Source: Parcubacteria group bacterium GW2011_GWE2_39_37
GTDB taxonomy: Bacteria; Patescibacteriota; Patescibacteriia; Patescibacteriales; GWE2-39-37
Length of the DNA stretch: 64,000 nt
Reading direction: 5' to 3'
NCBI GenBank assembly: GCA_000995135.1
Contig: LBWY01000001.1
Location: 501-64,500 of the forward strand
Translations under genes and position numbers: made by a program
The notes under the pieces: model-generated
Database searches by the model: none
Told to the model about the DNA's origin: nothing
Seen by the model: only the letters and a program-made list of their open reading frames with translations
Shown: in pieces, positions 56,375 to 63,088 of the stretch
Position numbering within the stretch: position 1 is the first letter of the stretch
Layout: each line of letters begins with the position of its first letter

Positions 56375-56497
56375 CTACAATAGGCGAATTATTGACAATA
56401 ACCAAAGAATAGTTTACTATATCTTTAGTCCTCCGCAGGACTATTTATTTTTACATTTCTAGTTAATTGTTAACTGTCAAAAGTTAACGGTTGATAT

Positions 56498-56569
56498 GGC
56501 GCTATCGTCTAGTGGTCAGGACACCAGGTTTTCATCCTGGTAACCGGAGTTCGATTCTCCGTAGCGCTA
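56498..56569 (+). tRNA. tRNA-Glu (anticodon UUC), no encoded CCA
   Basis: Cloverleaf read by eye: acceptor GGCGCTA/TAGCGCT (G1-U72), D arm GTCT-AGTGGTCAGG-ACAC, anticodon arm CCAGG-TTTTCAT-CCTGG, T arm CGGAG-TTCGATT-CTCCG, discriminator A. Colinear with E. coli tRNA-Glu. Confidence 0.9.
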
Positions 56570-56578
56570 CAAATAAAA

Positions 56579-56605
56579 ATAGCCAGCTTATGCTGGCTAT
56601 TTTTG
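56579..56605 (+). terminator. terminator after tRNA-Glu
   Basis: ATAGCCAGC-TTAT-GCTGGCTAT followed by T4. Confidence 0.75.
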
Positions 56606-56735
56606 TTTATATTGTTTCGGAGCAGAGAACTCTGGCCTGACTAATTCTGTAATCGAAAAATTCCCTAGACATGTTACAACAATGAATAAAAAAATATTAT
56701 TAGAAACGATTGGCGTGGGGCTTCCGCCCCAGTGA

Positions 56736-56755
56736 GATTCTCCGTAGCGCTACCA
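56736..56755 (+). repeat. duplicated 3' end of tRNA-Glu (att-like), with CCA
   Basis: GATTCTCCGTAGCGCTAC is identical to 56553-56570. It continues as CA, giving ...GCTACCA. Confidence 0.8.
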
Positions 56756-56761
56756 AGTAAT

Positions 56762-56797
56762 AAAAAATCACTCGCAATCAAATGTGAGTGATTTTTT
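56762..56797 (+). terminator. terminator after the displaced tRNA 3' fragment
   Basis: AATCACTC...GAGTGATT followed by T6. Confidence 0.7.
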
Positions 56798-56820
56798 ATT
56801 TTTGGGAATTAACAGTTTTT

Positions 56821-57642
56821 TTATCCTAAATATTTTTTTCTGATTGCCTTATCTACCTCTTCTGATTGTTCAAAAGCCATTTCAAATATTTTTTTTAAAC
56901 AATCCGCTATGGGTTTACTTTTTATCAGCATAGCAAAGCTTTCTTCAAAAGAATAAAATACGGTTGTATTTTTGTATATGTTCACCTGGATTGGATAATT
57001 CAGCTCTGCTGGGATTAGATGCGTTCTTCTAAGATGCTCAGTTTCTTTGTTAACTGTCTCCTTAATGTTAAACGGCAGCGCAGGAATAATTGCTTTAACC
57101 GGAATTTTTCTCTGAACCCTGCGTTTGTAGTAATTAGGATAGAGTTCTGGTAAATATTTATGATCATCTTCATTGCTGCCGTAGCCGATGATTTCATCAG
57201 CTTCTCCAAGCACATGTTCAAAAGCTTGCTTAACTCCTTCTTTGCCTTCAAAATAATACAATTTTGGTTTTTTAGTTTCAAAGTTTTGCAAAGATCTCAG
57301 TTCGGGCAAATAATCTTCAATCTCTTTTCTATTCAAAGATATCTCCTCCTCTTTTGCTTTCAAATAATTTATTAAATCTTTTACATCTTCAACTAAAAAC
57401 AAAAATGAGTTATTTTTTTTGCTTCGTTTAATTACGCCCATTTTATCGCTTAAATGATATAGGGCCAATAAAATTGTGGCTTTAGGCAGTGAAAGTTTTT
57501 TAGAAATTTCAGAAGCCTTCATCGGACTTCTTTGCAGGAGGCAAACATAACAAGAAATCTCTAGATCGCTAAGACCTACCTTTTTCAATATTAAATGTAT
57601 TTTTTTATTATCCATACAATTGTCGTCAATAAATGTTGACAC
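56821..57642 (-). CDS. TrmB-family transcriptional regulator
   Basis: N-terminal wHTH (GLSDLEISCYVCLLQRSPMKASEISKKLSLPKATILLALYHL) plus a C-terminal effector-like domain. Divergent from the radical SAM operon. Confidence 0.6.
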   Translation of the reverse strand: MSTFIDDNCMDNKKIHLILKKVGLSDLEISCYVCLLQRSPMKASEISKKLSLPKATILLALYHLSDKMGVIKRSKKNNSFLFLVEDVKDLINYLKAKEEEISLNRKEIEDYLPELRSLQNFETKKPKLYYFEGKEGVKQAFEHVLGEADEIIGYGSNEDDHKYLPELYPNYYKRRVQRKIPVKAIIPALPFNIKETVNKETEHLRRTHLIPAELNYPIQVNIYKNTTVFYSFEESFAMLIKSKPIADCLKKIFEMAFEQSEEVDKAIRKKYLG

Positions 57643-57766
57643 TATATGATTTTATATTAGCAAAAATATTGCATTTTGTCAATTTCATTTGATTTTTAAT
57701 GATATGTTTTTGTTTTTAGAGCTACTATTAGTTGTTAGGACATAAAAAATTAAGGAGGAACATAAA

Positions 57767-58888
57767 ATGTTTAGCAAATATTTTAGCTCATTGAAAATCG
57801 AAGATTTATTAAGTACCAATATTGCTGACAACAGTGAGGTAAGTGAAATTTTATCAGGCAACAGTTTGTCCTTACTTGATGTTGCGAAGTTAATCACCGC
57901 CTATCACAATCCTTTTGCAAGAAAGTCCGTTATTGAGAAGGCCGTTAAAGTCCGCAGTTCTATTTGGCATAACAGTTTGTTTATTATGCCGCCTCTCTAC
58001 ATCTCAAACGGAGATAAAAAAAGAGGAGGTTGCTTAGACCACTGTCTGTACTGCCCATGGCATAACGGCAATGTGCCGCAAGAACAAATAATCAGATTAA
58101 GCGCAGGCGCGGTAAGGGATGAAGTAAAATTGCTGCTTGATATGGGATATGGTGACATTGAGCTTGTTTCTGCCACTGACCCAGTCTTGTTTAGCGGCAT
58201 GAGAGCAGTAAATTATGTTGCAGCTGCTAAAAATGCGGGCGCCAAAAATGTGGGGATAAATTTTTTCCCATTTAAAAGTGCGGCGGATTACTCTGAACTA
58301 GCAAGCGCTGGCTGTACATTTTCAATTGTCTGGCAGGAAACATATTTGGCAAACATCTACCGTAAGATGCATCCATGCGGACCAAAATTAAACATGGGTT
58401 ATAGATTAGACGCCCATGATCGAGCCCTGCGAGGAGGAATCAAAACTGTCGGCGTGGCCTTCCTCGGTGGACTTGCAGACTGGAGATATGAAACATTAGC
58501 AACAATTGCTCACGCCCGATATCTTCGTAAAGAATATGGGGCAAATATTATCTTCGGTATGCCCAGATGGAAGAATGGGGTTGGTGTTAACATCACTTCT
58601 TGTACATATGATGATCAAATGTATGAGTTTGTTGGTGCCTTATATTCATTGGCCGTCCCGCAATCACTCCCTTGGTTTTCTACTCGAGAAAATTTTAATT
58701 TAAGCGACAGGTCTGCACGCGGAGGAGGTTGTATATTTACTCTAGATTGCTCAACCGAGGTCGGGGGATATTCTCATAAAAACGGAGCGCCACAATTTCC
58801 AGTGTTCTCAACGTCATTTAAACAGGGTGCTGAGTTGCTGAAAAAATCAGGGTTTAAAATCAACATTCATCTTCCCTTTGGGGAATAA
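57767..58888 (+). CDS. ThiH-family radical SAM enzyme (2-iminoacetate synthase / aromatic amino-acid lyase-like)
   Basis: AAGGAGG SD. PLYISN...CLDHCLYC (CX3CX2C), VWQETY, RLDAHDRALRGGIKTVGVAFLGGL, FSTREN and VGGY...QFP are colinear with E. coli ThiH as I recall it. There is a 7-aa insert (GDKKRGG) before the cluster cysteines. Confidence 0.75.
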   Translation: MFSKYFSSLKIEDLLSTNIADNSEVSEILSGNSLSLLDVAKLITAYHNPFARKSVIEKAVKVRSSIWHNSLFIMPPLYISNGDKKRGGCLDHCLYCPWHNGNVPQEQIIRLSAGAVRDEVKLLLDMGYGDIELVSATDPVLFSGMRAVNYVAAAKNAGAKNVGINFFPFKSAADYSELASAGCTFSIVWQETYLANIYRKMHPCGPKLNMGYRLDAHDRALRGGIKTVGVAFLGGLADWRYETLATIAHARYLRKEYGANIIFGMPRWKNGVGVNITSCTYDDQMYEFVGALYSLAVPQSLPWFSTRENFNLSDRSARGGGCIFTLDCSTEVGGYSHKNGAPQFPVFSTSFKQGAELLKKSGFKINIHLPFGE

Positions 58889-58902
58889 AAGGAGACAGGA
58901 TT

Positions 58903-59646
58903 ATGAAAACAAAATGCTTTTATGAAGACGGTCTTTGGCAAGCGATTGAAGCTCACCCGAAATATGATTTGGGCAAGAGAGAGCTTGAGGCGCTTATAAA
59001 ATTATTGCCTGTTGTCGCAAATGCCATAAATAACACAATTGCCAATCTCTTTCATTTAGGAATTGGTAATGGGAGGGAAATAAAATTTTTTATTGAAAAT
59101 TTTCCTGTCATCAACACCTATCTTGCTAACGACATCTGCGCTGCCAGCTTGAGCAGGGTAATAGCCGAGACAAGAAAAGCGCTTCCTGAAGTAAATTTTA
59201 TCGAAGCTCATGCTGATGTTGAGCTTAAAAACGTTATTAAAGCACTACGCGACAACCTCTTCAATTCCACCCTCATCGCCCTTGTAGCTAATGCAGTCAT
59301 TTTTTCCAACCGCTCAATGGACAAAAAAATTCATGATGCTATGCATGAAGGCGATTATTTTATCGTTACGCTTGAATCGTATCATTCTGACATTTTCAAG
59401 TCTTACGCCATTGAGCCGGTATACGACCTCCTGAGCAAAAGCGGCTTAAAGGTTACGGCTGAAAATGTTGACATCATCTACGAAGACCAATGCCTTAAAA
59501 TGCTTTGCGAAGACGAGCTCTTGCTTTCGTCATATAAGCCGACCGTAAACCAGCTACGTGCGCGCATGGCATCATCAGGATTCAAGGAGGTTTTATTGCA
59601 GCATTATGAAGACATTCACATGATTGGCGCTCTTTACAAAAGATAG
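58903..59646 (+). CDS. EgtD-like (Methyltransf_33-type) SAM-dependent methyltransferase, divergent and short
   Basis: AGGAG SD 14 nt after the upstream stop. FYEDGLWQAIEAHPKYDLGKRELEAL, HLGIGNGRE, NDICAASL, IEAHADVE and EGDYFIVTLE are colinear with EgtD blocks (FYD..LF..I...PEYY.TR.E..IL; ELGSG; DVDA; GDFE; GD.LLLG.DL). Confidence 0.45.
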   Translation: MKTKCFYEDGLWQAIEAHPKYDLGKRELEALIKLLPVVANAINNTIANLFHLGIGNGREIKFFIENFPVINTYLANDICAASLSRVIAETRKALPEVNFIEAHADVELKNVIKALRDNLFNSTLIALVANAVIFSNRSMDKKIHDAMHEGDYFIVTLESYHSDIFKSYAIEPVYDLLSKSGLKVTAENVDIIYEDQCLKMLCEDELLLSSYKPTVNQLRARMASSGFKEVLLQHYEDIHMIGALYKR

Positions 59647-59659
59647 CAACCAAATCTAT

Positions 59660-59688
59660 AGGCAGACTTAAAATATCTGCCTTTTTTA
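59660..59688 (+). terminator. operon terminator
   Basis: AGGCAGA-N9-TCTGCCT followed by T6. Confidence 0.75.
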
Positions 59689-59802
59689 TTTGCTTTAAGG
59701 AATGTGTTGACTCTAAAATAGTTTCCCGAGCATTGCTAATACCCCTACATACTAAAAAAACAACACTTTTCAAGTGTTGTTTTTTACCTTCCTAATAATT
59801 CG

Positions 59803-60261
59803 TTATTTTTTATTCTCTTCTTTAAATTTTATTTTTACCTCTAAAGGTAGCTTGGCAACGACACTAAACCTTGCTTCATCATGAAGCTTCTGGCTAACTT
59901 GAAAATAATATTGCCCAGTGATTGTTACTGGCAGTAAATTTATTGCCATTCTTGTTGTTACACTTCTCATTTCATTAGGAGCACTTTCATCAGTAGGCTT
60001 TAATACTGGTAATTCAGAACTGATTAGAACTTTTTTGCTGGGATTCATTAACTCAACTTTAATTAAAAATTCTTTTATTTGTTTTCTGCTATTGTCCCAA
60101 AGACTCACTATTTCAAGATTTGCAGGAATAAATTTTTTTGTTTCTAGCTTTTTTCTGTCTACTATGAATCCGATTGAGTCCATAGCGTTTATTATACTAG
60201 TTCTATTAGTATCTTGGTCACGAATTGATGTTTGGCATAAAATTGACCAGACGTGTTTCAT
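59803..60261 (-). CDS. hypothetical protein
   Basis: 152-aa ORF with its own terminator (59754-59785). No family confidently recognised. Confidence 0.5.
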   Translation of the reverse strand: MKHVWSILCQTSIRDQDTNRTSIINAMDSIGFIVDRKKLETKKFIPANLEIVSLWDNSRKQIKEFLIKVELMNPSKKVLISSELPVLKPTDESAPNEMRSVTTRMAINLLPVTITGQYYFQVSQKLHDEARFSVVAKLPLEVKIKFKEENKK

Positions 60262-60280
60262 ATTTTTTTATTAAATTATT

Positions 60281-60706
60281 TTAATTTTTTAATGCTAACT
60301 GTCCGTTGTATTGTGCGGCAGTATAATACGGTTCTTCATTCTCATAACTAACATCTCTGCGTTTAACATCTTCTAGGTTGTGAAAAACATAATTGTGAAT
60401 TTTCTGTTGTACATCACCTAATTCTGGCAAAGACAAAAATCCTCCTAAATTAAATTGAATATTTAACGCCCTTGATATTCTTAAAATTAGGTCTACGCCA
60501 AAATTAACTTCTGCATTCTCTATTTTAGAGATGACCTTTTGCGTAGTGCCAACTATTTTTGCTAAATCCTGCTGACTAAGCTTAAGCGCAATTCTGGCAC
60601 TATATACTTCTTCCGCAATTGCCAATAAATCCTTCAACAAATCATATTCCTGTTTTCTTTTTTTACCCTTTATACCAAAATCAAATTCTTGATTATTACT
60701 TTTCAT
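60281..60706 (-). CDS. XRE-family HTH protein, HigA-like antitoxin
   Basis: LKLSQQDLAKIVGTTQKVISKIENAEVNFGVDLILRISRAL. Lies 8 nt downstream of the putative toxin gene. Confidence 0.6.
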   Translation of the reverse strand: MKSNNQEFDFGIKGKKRKQEYDLLKDLLAIAEEVYSARIALKLSQQDLAKIVGTTQKVISKIENAEVNFGVDLILRISRALNIQFNLGGFLSLPELGDVQQKIHNYVFHNLEDVKRRDVSYENEEPYYTAAQYNGQLALKN

Positions 60707-60714
60707 AAATTTGC

Positions 60715-61143
60715 TTAAAATTTTATTTTTCTAAGGCAATTATTGTTATTAATATATTTTTTATAGAAATTCTCCGTATTTTTTATCTTTTCTATATATT
60801 TTTTATCAACTTGATTGCTCTCCTTTTTGTTATAATCTGGCTTGTGTCGTTTTTCTAGCCAATCAAATAATATCGCAACATTGTCAAAATAAACAAAAAA
60901 AATTCGTATTAGCACATTTCTCGGGAGTTGAATTTTAATTTCATATATTGTTTTGTTATCATAACATTCTCCACCCCTGCACGGATAAACAAATTTTGAT
61001 GAGAGTCCTTCTTTTCCATTAAATACATGGGCAATAATTCCCTTGATCCTGTCTTGATCTTTTGGCTTTTTCACATAAGACACAATAAGGTTCCCAACTG
61101 GACACATGTCGGTTTCTATATCTTTATATAAAAATGTGTCCAT
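60715..61143 (-). CDS. Gp49/HigB-like toxin candidate with an N-terminal extension
   Basis: IYEIKIQLPRNVLIRIFFVYFDNVAILFDWLEKR fits the yElRi...yRilYf...ivll..f.KK pattern of the RelE/HigB (Gp49) family. Gene order is toxin first. Confidence 0.45.
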   Translation of the reverse strand: MDTFLYKDIETDMCPVGNLIVSYVKKPKDQDRIKGIIAHVFNGKEGLSSKFVYPCRGGECYDNKTIYEIKIQLPRNVLIRIFFVYFDNVAILFDWLEKRHKPDYNKKESNQVDKKYIEKIKNTENFYKKYINNNNCLRKIKF

Positions 61144-61386
61144 AATTTTAATAAACTAAAGCATGGATTATGTTTATATACTATATCCAATCAGATATAA
61201 TGTCAATAGCCTCAAAATCTTGCTTTAATGGTCTATAAAATTACTTCTATTAAATTTCCGCTTTTATATTTATTATGTGTTTTATAAATTAACCCAATAC
61301 CAACAAACAATATAAATAAGAAGCTACGTAGTATATTTGAAAGTTTAAATATTAAATGTTAATCTTTGATTAAATAATATGCATTT

Positions 61387-62463
61387 ATGATAATTCTAGG
61401 AATCGAATCCAGTTGCGACGAAACTGCTACCTCTGTTATTGAGGGGGTAGGCGATAAGGTTAAGGTTTTGTCGAATATTGTTTCCTCACAAATTGAAATC
61501 CATAAAAAATACGGCGGAGTAGTGCCGGAAATCGCTGCGCGCGAACATGTTTTGAATATCTTGCCGGTGATTAATGAGGCTTTGGAAAAGGCTGGAATAA
61601 AAATCCCCCCAACCCCCTTTGTTAAAGGGGGCTTTATTGATGGGATTGCGGTTGCTACTGGGCCGGGGTTGGTTACTTCATTACTCGTCGGAGTAGAATC
61701 AGCCAAGACGCTAGCCTATGCTTGGCAAATTCCTAGCATTGCTGTGAATCATATCGAAGGACATATCTATGCAAATTTTATTGATCGGGAAAAAATACAA
61801 TTTCCTGCTTTAGTTCTTACGGTGTCCGGTGGTCATACCAATCTTGTACTCATGAAAAGTCATGGCAAATTACAGATCATTGGCGAAACCGTAGACGATG
61901 CTGCCGGAGAGGCTTTTGATAAAGCCGCTCAGCTCATGAAATTGGGTTACCCTGGCGGGCCGGTGGTGTCTGCCTGGGCAGAAAAATATTCAAACCAAAA
62001 AAATTTAACCCCTCTTACCCCCCTTGCCAGGGGGGCTGTAAAACTGCCTCGTCCGATGATGAATAAACCAGGTTTTAATTTTTCTTTCTCCGGTTTAAAG
62101 ACTGCCCTGCTTTATGAATTACAAAAAGATAAAAATTGGAAAAAAAGAATTTCAGAATATTGTCATGAATTTCAACAAGCTGTCGTTGATGTCTTGATTT
62201 ACAAAACCATTAAGGCTGCGGAGCAATATAAAGTTAAAACCGTCATGCTTTCCGGAGGTGTTTCTGCCAACAAAGCTTTGCGATTGCAACTTGAACAGGC
62301 GGTAAAAGATAAATTAAATTATGTCTCATTCCTAATGCCAGAATTAAAATATACCACCGACAATGCCGCCATGATTGCAACGGCCGGCTATTTCAAAGCA
62401 CAAAGAAAAAAATTTACGCCTTGGCAAAAATTAAAAGTTGATTCAAACTTGGAATTAAAATAA
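61387..62463 (+). CDS. tsaD: tRNA N6-adenosine threonylcarbamoyltransferase TsaD
   Basis: ILGIESSCDET, YGGVVPEIAAREH, GPGL, VSGGHT, DDAAGEAFDK, FSFSGLKT, GGVSAN and TDNAAMIA. Confidence 0.95.
   Translation: MIILGIESSCDETATSVIEGVGDKVKVLSNIVSSQIEIHKKYGGVVPEIAAREHVLNILPVINEALEKAGIKIPPTPFVKGGFIDGIAVATGPGLVTSLLVGVESAKTLAYAWQIPSIAVNHIEGHIYANFIDREKIQFPALVLTVSGGHTNLVLMKSHGKLQIIGETVDDAAGEAFDKAAQLMKLGYPGGPVVSAWAEKYSNQKNLTPLTPLARGAVKLPRPMMNKPGFNFSFSGLKTALLYELQKDKNWKKRISEYCHEFQQAVVDVLIYKTIKAAEQYKVKTVMLSGGVSANKALRLQLEQAVKDKLNYVSFLMPELKYTTDNAAMIATAGYFKAQRKKFTPWQKLKVDSNLELK
61604..61633. repeat. in-frame GC-rich hairpin insertion 1 inside tsaD
   Basis: CCCCCTTT-GTT-AAAGGGGG (61613-61631) encodes ..PPTPFVKGG.., which is absent from E. 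coli TsaD at this position. Confidence 0.6.
62008..62037. repeat. in-frame GC-rich hairpin insertion 2 inside tsaD
   Basis: CCCCCCT-TGCC-AGGGGGG (62018-62035) encodes ..LTPLTPLARGA.., which is absent from E. coli TsaD at this position. Confidence 0.6.
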
Positions 62464-62473
62464 AACTTTTGTA

Positions 62474-62495
62474 GGGACAGGTCGCGACCTGTCCC
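62474..62495. repeat. GC-rich palindrome GGGACAGGTCGCGACCTGTCCC
   Basis: Perfect 22-nt palindrome 10 nt after the tsaD stop. Confidence 0.7.
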
Positions 62496-62514
62496 CACGG
62501 CGCAAAGATGCGAA

Positions 62515-62543
62515 TTGACTAAATTTTCAACAGTTGCTAAAAT
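62515..62543 (+). promoter_or_regulatory. near-consensus sigma70 promoter of the T-box leader
   Basis: TTGACT-17 nt-TAAAAT. Confidence 0.65.
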
Positions 62544-62554
62544 ACTTATAGATC

Positions 62555-62860
62555 TTAAACAATCACAAAACCCACAGCTAGATCCCTTGGAATACCAAGG
62601 GGCTGGGTCTAGTTTATCTGCCTTGTGCAGAAGGGTGGTCTTTGCGCTAGTGAAGACCCGGCTTCCTCCGTAACCATAGGATAACTGATGTCTTTGACCC
62701 TGAGCTTGTCGAAGGGTTACCTTGAGTCAGTGAGCCTCGCTAATTACAAAATGCGAGGAAATAAAGGTGGTACCACGGGAATAACCTCTCGTCCTTTAGT
62801 CTATTACATTTGCTATCAAACAGCTTTGTCATGGACTAAAAGACAAGGGGTTTTTTGTTT
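62555..62860 (+). promoter_or_regulatory. T-box riboswitch leader
   Basis: AAAGG-UGGUACC-ACGGGA-AUAACC-UCUCGU-CCUUU folds as a canonical antiterminator with a 7-nt UGGNACC bulge (62763-62797). Stem III (CCTCGC/GCGAGG) lies directly upstream. The competing terminator is CCTCTCGTCCTTTAGTC / GACTAAAAGACAAGGGG followed by T6. Confidence 0.8.
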
Positions 62861-62890
62861 TAAACGCACTTTGAACAAAAAGGAGAAGCT

Positions 62891-63016
62891 ATGAGTTACA
62901 AAACCTGTACACCTTGCAAAATAAAGGTGCTCATGAACTCGGATGGCAAATTCATCTGCCCCAGATGCGGAAAGGAAGTAAAAAAGCATGATCCGGTAGG
63001 ATGGGGCCATAGTTAA
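62891..63016 (+). CDS. 41-aa zinc-ribbon protein (CxxC...CxxC)
   Basis: AAGGAG lies 6 nt upstream of the ATG. MSYKTCTPCKIKVLMNSDGKFICPRCGKEVKKHDPVGWGHS. Not in the ORF track because it is shorter than 60 aa. Confidence 0.55.
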   Translation: MSYKTCTPCKIKVLMNSDGKFICPRCGKEVKKHDPVGWGHS

Positions 63017-63020
63017 GCAA

Positions 63021-63048
63021 GGGGGCAAATCATTTGCCCCTATTTTTT
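63021..63048 (+). terminator. strong rho-independent terminator between the small ORF and trpS
   Basis: GGGGCAAA-TCA-TTTGCCCC, then TA and T6. Confidence 0.75.
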
Positions 63049-63088
63049 AAGGTTTACTTATTTATAAAGAAAAATTATAATTATCTAT

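Noticed and set aside
61359-61706. 115-aa minus-strand ORF overlapping the start of tsaD
   Set aside because: It is antisense to a highly conserved TsaD N-terminus. It stays open only because of the GC-rich hairpin insert (..PPLTKGVGG..).
62688-63028. ORFs 62688..62894 (+) and 62816..63028 (-)
   Set aside because: The first lies entirely within the T-box leader, antiterminator and terminator. The second is antisense to the leader terminator and the zinc-ribbon ORF.
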